Assembly: GCF_006519705.1 (NCBI RefSeq)
Contig: NZ_VFXM01000015.1
Span: forward strand, 48,179-80,178
Source: Ornithinimicrobium kibberense
GTDB lineage: Bacteria; Actinomycetota; Actinomycetes; Actinomycetales; Dermatophilaceae
Reading direction: 5' to 3'
DNA length: 32,000 nt
Shown: positions 23,558-31,363 of the stretch, piece after piece
Numbering within the stretch: the first letter of the stretch is position 1
Layout of the letters: each line of letters starts with the position of its first letter
Translations under genes and position numbers: made by a program
Notes under the pieces: generated by a model
Database searches by the model: none
What the model was told of the DNA's origin: nothing
Seen by the model: the letters and a program-made list of their open reading frames with translations, nothing else

Positions 23558-24178
23558 CTACGTGAGGGCGGCCGTTCCTGATCTCGGTTCGTCCACGTCC
23601 TCCCCCGTCGCCAGGTCGCCGCACTCCACGAGCAACGGCTCGACGCGTCTGAGGTAGCTCCGCGCCCCGGCGTCCCCGGCAGCTCCGCCCAGGACCCCCT
23701 CCCAGTGACGCTGGCCGAGCACCACCGGATGCCCCGGCCGGCCCTCGTAGGCGGCCCGGGCCACCTGCCCCGTCTGCTCGCCATGGGCGTCGGCCTCGCG
23801 CAGCAGGCGCTCCACGACGGGGGCACCCACGTCCGGGAGGTCGACGAGGTGGACCACCGCGCGGCGGGGCACCGTCCGCCCACGGGTCGCGAGCGAGGTG
23901 AGCCCCGATCGCAGGGAGGCGCCCATCCCACGCGCCCAGGTCCCGCACCGCACCGCCGCGACCTGCCCGGTCCCCCACTCCGGCATCTGCCCGAGCAGCT
24001 GCTCGACCTCTTCCGCGCGGGCCCCCGTGACGACGAGCACGTCCTGGCACCCGCCGTCGAGCAGGGCCCGGGCGGCACGGTGGACCCACGGTCCCTCGGA
24101 GTCGGCGACCAGCGCCTTGGGCATCCCGTAGCGTCGCCCCTCCCCCGCCGCCAGCAGCAGTCCTGTCGTCGGGCTCAT
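23558..24178 (-). CDS. mocA: MobA-like NTP transferase, probable molybdenum cofactor cytidylyltransferase (MocA-like)
   Basis: 'GLLLAAGEGRRYGMPKALV' is the glycine-rich nucleotide-binding N-terminus of the MobA/MocA family. 206 aa, in the context of a CODH-type locus. Confidence 0.75.
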   Translation of the reverse strand: MSPTTGLLLAAGEGRRYGMPKALVADSEGPWVHRAARALLDGGCQDVLVVTGARAEEVEQLLGQMPEWGTGQVAAVRCGTWARGMGASLRSGLTSLATRGRTVPRRAVVHLVDLPDVGAPVVERLLREADAHGEQTGQVARAAYEGRPGHPVVLGQRHWEGVLGGAAGDAGARSYLRRVEPLLVECGDLATGEDVDEPRSGTAALT

Positions 24179-24260
24179 CGGCCCAGTGTCCCTGACGGCC
24201 CGCACCGCACTCGCAGCCCCTCGGTCCGCACGCCTCGCTCCTCCGGTGCAGGATGGACCG

Positions 24261-24881
24261 ATGGACCCCGCCGGCCACACCCCCGCAGCAGAGGTCGGCT
24301 CCCGGGTGGTCGACGAGGACTGGTACGGCACCGAGCTCGCGGACCGCTCCTGGCAGGGATGCACCTTCGTGGACGTGGACCTCACCGAGGCTCTCGTCCG
24401 GAGCTGCCGTTTCCAGGAGTGCACGTTCGAACGGGTCCGCTTCAACGCCGCGACGGTCGAGCAGTCGTCGTTCGCGGCGTGCACGTTCACCGCCTGCTCC
24501 TTCTTCGACGCCACCCTCGACGGCTGCCGCTGGGACGGCGGCGTGTTCGTCGCCTGCTCGTGGAAGCCGGTCACGGTCCGTGGGGGTTCGTGGTGGGGCG
24601 TGTCGCTGGTGGACGCGGACCTGCGGGAGCAGACGCTGTCCGGACTCCGTCTCGTGGAGGCCGACCTCTCGGGAGCAGACCTGCGCGACGTGGACCTTCG
24701 TGGGGCCGACCTCACCGGAGCCGACCTGCGCCGCGCCCGGCTCGAGGGCGCCGACCTTCGCGGCTGCCGTCTCTCGGCCGCCGACCTGGAGGACGCCGGC
24801 GTCCGCGGGGTGCGCCTGGACGTCGTGGGGGCCGTCGCGCTGGCGGGGTCCCTCGGAGCCGTGGTGGACACGGACGCCTAG
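24261..24881 (+). CDS. Pentapeptide repeat protein (MfpA/Qnr-like fold)
   Basis: Runs of A(D/N)LxX pentapeptides: 'ADLSGADLRDVDLRGADLTGADLRRARLEGADLRGCRLSAADLEDA'. Start placed at ATG 24261; alternative at 24186. Confidence 0.85.
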   Translation: MDPAGHTPAAEVGSRVVDEDWYGTELADRSWQGCTFVDVDLTEALVRSCRFQECTFERVRFNAATVEQSSFAACTFTACSFFDATLDGCRWDGGVFVACSWKPVTVRGGSWWGVSLVDADLREQTLSGLRLVEADLSGADLRDVDLRGADLTGADLRRARLEGADLRGCRLSAADLEDAGVRGVRLDVVGAVALAGSLGAVVDTDA

Positions 24882-24902
24882 GAACCCCGCCAGGTATGCG
24901 GT

Positions 24903-24922
24903 CGCGCCCTCAGTCGGGCGCG
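24903..24922. terminator. GC-rich hairpin CGCGCCC-TCAGTC-GGGCGCG between convergent genes
   Basis: 7-bp perfect arms. The loop contains the stop of the acidic-protein gene. It lies 22 nt after the pentapeptide gene stop. Confidence 0.45.
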
Positions 24923-25170
24923 TCCACCTCCGGGGCGAGGTCGGGCACCCGCCGCTCCTCGTCCGGCAGCAGCCGCTCCTCCTCGGACTCGGCGTCGCCG
25001 ACCGGCCGTTCCTCGTCGGGCAGGACGCGGCTCGGGTCGTCGTCCTCGACGGCCTCGGGATCCTCCTCGGGTTCGAAGGTGGTGGGCTCGTCGTCCAGGC
25101 CCATGCCGGCACCCTGGCTGGACAGCTCCTCCCGGGCCTCACGCCGCTGGTGCTCGAGATCTCCGCTCAT
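24910..25170 (-). CDS. Small acidic protein (86 aa) with an internal LPDEER repeat
   Basis: ATG 25170 is preceded by GAGGAGGA. GC3 is high. It contains 'RVLPDEERPVGD' and 'RLLPDEERRVPD'. Confidence 0.6.
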   Translation of the reverse strand: MSGDLEHQRREAREELSSQGAGMGLDDEPTTFEPEEDPEAVEDDDPSRVLPDEERPVGDAESEEERLLPDEERRVPDLAPEVDAPD

Positions 25171-25299
25171 GGATCCTCCTCGGGTCGGGTTCTCCCAGTG
25201 TGGACCGGACCTCGGGCAGCGGCACCTCGGGACGTCGGGACGTCGAGGGTGGGGGTGACGGGGCCCGCAGGCATACTGGCCCCGGAGGAGGTGGTGGCC

Positions 25300-26040
25300 A
25301 TGTCGTCCGCACCCGGCACCGGCGTGGGGGTGCCCGCCGGACGGCGGCAGCTGCCTGTCCACCAGGACGACCTGTGCGTCGCACGCGTCCCGCTCTTCCA
25401 GGGACTGACCCGGGCCGAGCAGGAGCAGGTCGCCACCGTCGCCCGACCGACCAGGCTCGGACGGGACGAGATCGTCTACACGGCCGGGCAGGACGTCTCC
25501 CAGCTCATGGTGGTGCACACAGGGCGCGTCAAGATCTCCCGCGTCACCGCCGACGGCCACGAGCAGATCGTCCGCGTGCTGGGTCCGGGCGACTTCGTCG
25601 GCGAGGCGGCCTTCCTCGACGGCGGGCGTCCCGATCACACGGCGAGCGCCGTCGAGGCGACGAGTCTGTGCGTCTTCCGACACCAGGAGCTGCACGAGCT
25701 CGTCGGGCGTCATCCCAGCATCGGGCTGCGCATGCTGCAGACGCTCAGCCGTCGCCTGAGCCGCACCGAGGAGCGTCTCGGCGCGGCGATCTCCTCCGAC
25801 GTCTCCGCCCGGCTGGCGGACCACCTGCTCTCCCTGCCGGCGCGCCGCGCGGACGACCGGCTCGAGGTGGAGCTGCCCCTGGCGAAGAAGGACGTCGCCT
25901 CGCTGCTGGACACCACCCCCGAGTCCCTGAGCCGCCAGCTGCGTCGCCTCAGCGACTCGGGGGTGATCTCCCTGGGACCCGGCCGGCGCGTCACCCTCCT
26001 CGACGTCGACGCGCTGCTCGCGCTGGGAGGACAGGACTGA
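25300..26040 (+). CDS. Crp/Fnr family transcriptional regulator
   Basis: cNMP-binding-like beta-roll 'VPLFQGLTRAEQEQVA...RVLGPGDFVGEAAFL' and a C-terminal HTH 'KKDVASLLDTTPESLSRQLRRLSDSGVI'. ATG 25300 is preceded by GGAGGAGG. It has only two Cys and no FNR-type N-terminal Cys cluster. Confidence 0.88.
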   Translation: MSSAPGTGVGVPAGRRQLPVHQDDLCVARVPLFQGLTRAEQEQVATVARPTRLGRDEIVYTAGQDVSQLMVVHTGRVKISRVTADGHEQIVRVLGPGDFVGEAAFLDGGRPDHTASAVEATSLCVFRHQELHELVGRHPSIGLRMLQTLSRRLSRTEERLGAAISSDVSARLADHLLSLPARRADDRLEVELPLAKKDVASLLDTTPESLSRQLRRLSDSGVISLGPGRRVTLLDVDALLALGGQD

Positions 26041-26163
26041 GGCGCACGTCCGCCGTGGCGTGACGCACGACATACGCTGAACCCGAACACTCTCCGACCA
26101 ATCATAGTAATATCGTCCCAGGCCCGGCGGAAGCACCCGGGCACCACTTCTCGGGAGACCCTG

Positions 26164-26766
26164 ATGCGCATCCTCCGCCCCCTCGTCCCCCTCGGCCTGG
26201 CCGCTGCGACGGTCCTCGCCGGATGCTCCACCACCGACCCTGGCCCGGCACCCGCGGCCTCGTCCACCCAGGGGACGGACCAGGCATCGGCCGACGCCAT
26301 CCTCGAGCAGGTAGGGCTGGCGGGCGTGGACGGGCGCACCGTCGTCGACGAGCTCGACGCCAGCAGCCAGGCCCGACCTCTCCCGCTGACCGCCTCCGTC
26401 CGTGAGGACGTCCTGCTCCTCGGCGACGGCCAGCAGGAGGTGGCGATGCCCCTGCCGGAGGACGAGTTCTACGTCTCGGTCGCACCGTTCCGGGAGCAGA
26501 CCCACCAGTGCTTCTACCACTCGCTGGCCACCTGCCAGGGCGAGCTGGCCGGCGAGGAGGTCACCGTCCGCATCGTCGCCGACGACGGGACGGTCGTGGT
26601 CGACGAGACGACGACCACCTATGCCAACGGCTTCGTCGGGTTCTGGGTGCCGCGGGACCTGGTCGGCACGCTCGAGGTCGAGCACGACGGGGCCACCGGC
26701 ACCGTGCCCTTCGCCACAACCGAGGGCAGCCCCACCTGCATCACGACCCTCCAGCTGGAGGCGTGA
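26164..26766 (+). CDS. cueP: CueP-like metal-binding lipoprotein
   Basis: Signal peptide with lipobox 'VLAGC'. 'REQTHQCFYHSLATCQGEL' and 'SPTCITTLQL' resemble the Cys/His motifs I remember from the Salmonella CueP family. The SD sequence is GGGAGA. Confidence 0.7.
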   Translation: MRILRPLVPLGLAAATVLAGCSTTDPGPAPAASSTQGTDQASADAILEQVGLAGVDGRTVVDELDASSQARPLPLTASVREDVLLLGDGQQEVAMPLPEDEFYVSVAPFREQTHQCFYHSLATCQGELAGEEVTVRIVADDGTVVVDETTTTYANGFVGFWVPRDLVGTLEVEHDGATGTVPFATTEGSPTCITTLQLEA

Positions 26767-26826
26767 CGCCGAGCCACCCCGGCGCGCCCCCGGGATGAAG
26801 TCCGTGCACCGTGGCGTTGACCTGAC

Positions 26827-27036
26827 GTGAGCACCTCCGCCCGCCGCCGTCCCGTCCCCCGCTGCCCCATCCGCGTGGGCGAGCCGTGCACGCTCTGCTT
26901 CCCCGGCGCGACCGGTCCGCAGGACTGCGGCCTGGTCTACCTGGTGCAGGACGATCCCGAGATGGCCGCCGAGCTGGCCGGGCGCCGCACCGCCCACCGC
27001 GCCGCCGAGAGGGACGCCCGGGGCTCGCTCCGCTGA
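26827..27036 (+). CDS. Small Cys-rich protein (69 aa, C-x7-C-x2-C-x9-C), possibly DUF6767-like
   Basis: 'RCPIRVGEPCTLCFPGATGPQDCGLVYLV'. GC3 is very high. GTG start. The family assignment is from memory only. Confidence 0.55.
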   Translation: MSTSARRRPVPRCPIRVGEPCTLCFPGATGPQDCGLVYLVQDDPEMAAELAGRRTAHRAAERDARGSLR

Positions 27037-27046
27037 GGCTCAGCGG
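27030..27046. terminator. Palindrome CCGCTGAG-G-CTCAGCGG spanning two convergent stop codons
   Basis: 8-bp perfect arms containing TGA (27034-27036) and TCA (27040-27042) of the Cys-rich protein and ABC1 kinase genes. Confidence 0.4.
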
Positions 27047-28722
27047 TCCCGCCGAAGGGCGCTCAGCCCGACCCAGGCCAGCGGCAGCACGGACACCCCC
27101 ATGAGCAGCCGACCCGTCCCCGGGTCGGACCCGGTGAGCACCGCCCCTGCCACGAGCAGCGCCGCGAACACGAGCACCCCGTTGGTGCGGGCGACGGTCC
27201 GCTCGAGCCGGCGCACCTGCCTGGTGAGGGTGGGCGTCCTGACCTCCAGCTCCCCCCGCTCGGCCATCGTCAGGACGCGGTCGGCCCGCCGGGGCAGGAC
27301 GAGCAGGAGCCGGCCGAGGGCGAGGGCCTCGGTGACCACGGTCTGCGACAGGCCCTCCCGCTCGTCCTCCAGGAGCTGCGTGGCGTAGGGCGTGATGGTC
27401 CCCCAGACGTCGAACTCGGGGTCCAAGCCCGTGCAGATGCCCGACAGGATGCCCACCGACCGGCCCAGCAGCAGCAGGTTCTCGGGGACCTGGAACGGCA
27501 GCGCCAGCAGCAGCTCGCGGAACTGCATCCCGAAGCGGACCATCTCCTCGGGACTGATCTGCTGCAGCTCGTCCATCCGCAGCCCCCCGAAGCGCTCGAA
27601 CACCTGGCCGGCGGCCACCTCGATCGCCGCCAGGTCGGCGTCGGGCAGGAGCAGGTCCAGTCGGCGCAGACCCGCGACCAAGCGGCCGCCGTCCCGCAGC
27701 CCCGCCGCGACGACCAGGTCCCGCAGTCCGCCGCGCAGCTCCTCGGGCACGTGCCCCACCATGCCGAAGTCGATGAAGGTCAGCGTCCAGCCGGGCTCGC
27801 CGGGTCCGGCGTCCGGGCGCGGAGTGACGAAAAGGTTCCCCGGGTGCGGGTCGGCGTGGAAGAACCCGTCGGTGAAGATCTGCTGCAGGTAGGTGTCCGC
27901 CAGCACCTGCGCGACCTCCGCGCGGTCGATGCCGGCCGCGGTGATGGCCTCGTGGTCCCCCAGCTTGATCGCCGAGACGTCCTGCAGGGTGAGCACGCGG
28001 CGGCCGCTGAGCTCCCACACGACGGAGGGTATGGAGACGCGCGGGTCCTCGGCGAAGTTGGCGGCGAAGGTCTCGGCGCTGGCCCCCTCGGCCAGGTAGT
28101 CGACCTCCTGCAGCGTGGTGGTCGCGAACTCCTCCAGCAGGGCCGGCACGTCGGCCCGCTCCCGGATGGGCCGGTAGCGCTGCATCCAGCCCCCGACCCG
28201 CCGCAGCGCCGCGAGGTCGACCTCCACGACCTGCTGGATGTGCGGCCGCTGGACCTTGACGACGACGTCGGCGAAACCCTGCTCGGCGGCGTCGGCGGGG
28301 TGCAGCCGGGCGCGGTGGACCTGACCGAGGGAGGCCGCCGCCAGGGGGGTCTGGTCGAAGTGGGCGAAGTGCTGGGCCAGCGGGACGGCGAGCTCGGACT
28401 CGGCCACCTCGCGGACGGCGTCGAACGCGACGGGCGGCACCTCGTCCTGGAGGCCGGACAGCTCCTGGGTGATCTCGGGGGGCAGGACGTCGAGCCGGGC
28501 CGAGAGGAACTGGCCGACCTTGATCATCAGCCCGCCCATCGACACCGCGAGGGCACGGAAGCGGACGGCGGCGCGGCGGCCCCGCTCCGTCCGCGTGCGC
28601 ACCGCCAGGCGTCGCAGCCCCAGGCGCGGCAGCACGAGCTCCCACCAGATGAACCCGGCCGTGACCCGCGCGAAGAACAGCACGATCCGCCGGTAGCGGG
28701 CGCGCAGGTCCGAGCTCGTCAT
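27040..28722 (-). CDS. ABC1/UbiB/AarF atypical kinase family protein
   Basis: 'IKVGQFLSARLDVLPPEI', 'AAASLGQVHRARL', 'VVKVQRP' and 'FFHADPHPGNLFV' are ABC1 signatures. Two C-terminal TM helices. Confidence 0.9.
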   Translation of the reverse strand: MTSSDLRARYRRIVLFFARVTAGFIWWELVLPRLGLRRLAVRTRTERGRRAAVRFRALAVSMGGLMIKVGQFLSARLDVLPPEITQELSGLQDEVPPVAFDAVREVAESELAVPLAQHFAHFDQTPLAAASLGQVHRARLHPADAAEQGFADVVVKVQRPHIQQVVEVDLAALRRVGGWMQRYRPIRERADVPALLEEFATTTLQEVDYLAEGASAETFAANFAEDPRVSIPSVVWELSGRRVLTLQDVSAIKLGDHEAITAAGIDRAEVAQVLADTYLQQIFTDGFFHADPHPGNLFVTPRPDAGPGEPGWTLTFIDFGMVGHVPEELRGGLRDLVVAAGLRDGGRLVAGLRRLDLLLPDADLAAIEVAAGQVFERFGGLRMDELQQISPEEMVRFGMQFRELLLALPFQVPENLLLLGRSVGILSGICTGLDPEFDVWGTITPYATQLLEDEREGLSQTVVTEALALGRLLLVLPRRADRVLTMAERGELEVRTPTLTRQVRRLERTVARTNGVLVFAALLVAGAVLTGSDPGTGRLLMGVSVLPLAWVGLSALRRDR

Positions 28723-28765
28723 CGGTCCTCCGGACGCGGTCGCGGGCGGGTCGGGGTGCCCAGGT

Positions 28766-29311
28766 TCAGTCCTCGGCGAGGATGGCGTAGAGCCGTTTGC
28801 GGGCGTCCTTGAGCACGTCCACGGCCGCGGAGACCTGGTGCGGCGAACCGGTCCTGCCGACCTGGAGCACCGCCTGCATCAACCGGCCCACGGCCTGACG
28901 GTAGCCGGTGCCGTCCGCGACGGTGTCGGCCGCCTCGTCCCACGGGGCCCGGCCGGCGGCCAGCTGGGCGGCCGCGTCGGTGCCCGCCTCGGTGAGCCGG
29001 TGGACCTTCTTGCCCCCGACCGGCTCGGCGACGACCAGGCCCTCGTCGGCCAGCAGCTGCAGCGTCGGGTAGACCGAACCCGCCGAGGGGGTCCAGGCGC
29101 CGCCGCTGCGCTCCGCCAGCTCGCCGATGATCTGGTAGCCGTGCATCGGCTCCTCCGCCAGGAGCCGCAGGACGGCCGTGCGCACGTCGCCGCGACGGGC
29201 TCGCTGCGCCGACTGGCCGGCCAGCCCCTGGAACTGCTGGGCCATCGAGAGGAGGGACGGGAGTCCGTGCTGGCCCCAGCCGGTCTCGTCGAGAGGGTGG
29301 TGCCGGGTCAT
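28766..29311 (-). CDS. PadR family transcriptional regulator
   Basis: 'VLRLLAEEPMHGYQIIGELAERSGGAWTPSAGSVYPTLQLLADEGLV' is a PadR winged helix. ATG 29311 is preceded by CAGGAGG. Confidence 0.88.
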   Translation of the reverse strand: MTRHHPLDETGWGQHGLPSLLSMAQQFQGLAGQSAQRARRGDVRTAVLRLLAEEPMHGYQIIGELAERSGGAWTPSAGSVYPTLQLLADEGLVVAEPVGGKKVHRLTEAGTDAAAQLAAGRAPWDEAADTVADGTGYRQAVGRLMQAVLQVGRTGSPHQVSAAVDVLKDARKRLYAILAED

Positions 29312-29389
29312 GGGAGCCTCCTGGAGGATGAACGACATATCGCCATCTATCGTCAACCTACCACTGCGACGGCGGCGTAGGGTGCGCCG

Positions 29390-30037
29390 ATGACCGAGGA
29401 CCACTCCCCCGGACCGCCGACCGAGCCCACCATGGCCGGACCGGCCATCCCCTCCGGCCGGCTCGTGCTGGTCCGCCACGGCGAGACGGAGTGGTCACGC
29501 ACCGGCCAGCACACCGGCCTGACCGACCTCGAGCTCCTGCCCGAGGGCGAGGAGGCGGCCCGCGGCCTCGCCGACCTCCTGGGCGGGAGGAGCTTCGTGC
29601 ACGTGCGCTCCTCCCCGCTCCGGCGGGCGCGGACGACGGCCGAGCTCGCGGGCCTGACGGTCGACGAGCTGGACGAGGACCTCGTCGAGTGGGACTACGG
29701 CGCTTACGAGGGCCGCTCCACCCCCGACATCCGCGCGGAGCTCGACTACCACTGGACCGTCTTCGAGCACGGCGTCGTCCCCGGTGAGACCCCGGGCGAG
29801 ACGGTCGAGGAGGTCTCCGCCCGGGCCAGCCGCGTCCTGGACCGGATCTGGCCGCTGCTCTTCGAGGGCGACGTCTGCCTCGTGGGGCACGGGCACGCCC
29901 TGCGGGTGCTCACCGCCGTCTACCTGCGGCAGGCACCCCGGTTCGGTGCGCACCTGACGTTCGAGGTGGGCGCGGTCGGGATCCTGGGCCATCACCACGA
30001 GGACCCGGTGGTCGAGGCCTGGAACCGCCACCGGTGA
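29390..30037 (+). CDS. Histidine phosphatase family protein
   Basis: 'LVLVRHGETEWS' (RHG motif) and 'LVGHGHALRVL'. Alternative start at ATG 29432. Confidence 0.85.
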   Translation: MTEDHSPGPPTEPTMAGPAIPSGRLVLVRHGETEWSRTGQHTGLTDLELLPEGEEAARGLADLLGGRSFVHVRSSPLRRARTTAELAGLTVDELDEDLVEWDYGAYEGRSTPDIRAELDYHWTVFEHGVVPGETPGETVEEVSARASRVLDRIWPLLFEGDVCLVGHGHALRVLTAVYLRQAPRFGAHLTFEVGAVGILGHHHEDPVVEAWNRHR

Positions 30038-30058
30038 GACCCGCTCCCGTGGCGCGCC

Positions 30059-31363
30059 TCACGGGTCGGCCAGGAGCGTGGCGCGGGCCCTCCCCGGGCC
30101 CGGCTCGGCGGTCAGCTCCCCGGCCAGCCGCGCGAGCCGACCCGCCGCGTCGGACGGCAGGTCCAGCAGCCGGACCGCTGCGGAGCGGATCTGCTCCGGC
30201 GTCGCGGCGTTGGGGTCCAACGCCGCGCCCAGCCCGGCGTCCTCGAGGGCGGCCGCGCCGGAGAACTGGTCCGTGGACATCGGCAGCAGCAGGAGCGGGA
30301 CCCCCGCGGTCAGCGCCTCGGTGACGCTGTTGTTCCCCCCGTGCGTCACGGCCAGCGCGGCGTGCCCGAGCAGGCTGACCTGCGGCAGCTCGGCGCGGAC
30401 CAGCCACGACCCGGGCACCGGTCCGAGGTCCGACCTGCTCGTCGACCCGCTGGCCAGGGCCACGCGCACGTCCAGACCTCGCAGCGCCTCGGCGACACGG
30501 GCGAGCACGTCGGAGCGCACCGAGAGGAAGCTGCCCAGGCTCACGTAGACCACGGGAGGCCCCGTCCGCGCGAGCCAGGCGGCCACCTCGTCGTCGGGCC
30601 GCTCGGCGCGGACCGCCGAGCCGAGGAAGGCGTGCTCCCCGAGCAGTGCCGTGCGGGCCGGCGGGTGCAGCTCAGCGGGGTAGTTCAGCAGCAGCACGTC
30701 CCCGGACTCGGCGAACGCGTCGTCGCTCGCCGGGGCTGCGGGGTCGAGCTGCGCCAGGGCCGCGTTCCACCGCTCGGTGAACCCGTCGCGCACCCGCTCG
30801 CAACGTCGCCGCAGGTCGAGCAGCGCCTCCGGGTCCGGCTGCAGCACCTGCGGCCAGGCCGGCGGGAAGCCGTACACCTCGTCCCCGACCGTCAACGCCG
30901 TCGGGTGCCCGAGGACCACGTCCCCGTGCCGGACGCCGGAGGCCATGAGCGCCAGGCGTGCGCTGAACGCGAGGTGGTCGACGATCACCTCGTCGGGCCG
31001 CACCCGGTCGACCACGCGCTGCACCTCGCGGGCGACGGCGAGCGGCTCCCAGAGCAGGTCGTCCCCGCGCGCGTCGGCCTGGAAGGCCAGGGTCTGCACG
31101 GCTCCCCGTCGGGTCGCCTCGAAGAAGCCGCGCAGCGCGTCGTCCTCGCCCGGGGGCTGGTCCTCCGCCCGGATCACGCCCGGGTTGGACCCGCGGCCGA
31201 GCTGCAGGTGGGCGCGCTCGAAGCCGAACCGCCGCACGATCCCCTCCGTGCTCGGACCGGTGGCCACGACGACCTGTTCGCCCGCATCGGCCCACGCGGT
31301 CGCCAGGGTCGCGAGCGGCAGCAGGTGGGAGGCGTAGTCGGGACTGATGACGAGCAGCGTCAC
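30059..31363 (-). CDS. GT1-family (MGT/UDP-glycosyltransferase-like) glycosyltransferase
   Basis: C-terminal nucleotide-sugar motif 'THGGNNSVTEALTAGVPLLLLPMSTDQ'. 434 aa. The GTG start overlaps the upstream stop (GTGA). Confidence 0.85.
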   Translation of the reverse strand: MTLLVISPDYASHLLPLATLATAWADAGEQVVVATGPSTEGIVRRFGFERAHLQLGRGSNPGVIRAEDQPPGEDDALRGFFEATRRGAVQTLAFQADARGDDLLWEPLAVAREVQRVVDRVRPDEVIVDHLAFSARLALMASGVRHGDVVLGHPTALTVGDEVYGFPPAWPQVLQPDPEALLDLRRRCERVRDGFTERWNAALAQLDPAAPASDDAFAESGDVLLLNYPAELHPPARTALLGEHAFLGSAVRAERPDDEVAAWLARTGPPVVYVSLGSFLSVRSDVLARVAEALRGLDVRVALASGSTSRSDLGPVPGSWLVRAELPQVSLLGHAALAVTHGGNNSVTEALTAGVPLLLLPMSTDQFSGAAALEDAGLGAALDPNAATPEQIRSAAVRLLDLPSDAAGRLARLAGELTAEPGPGRARATLLADP

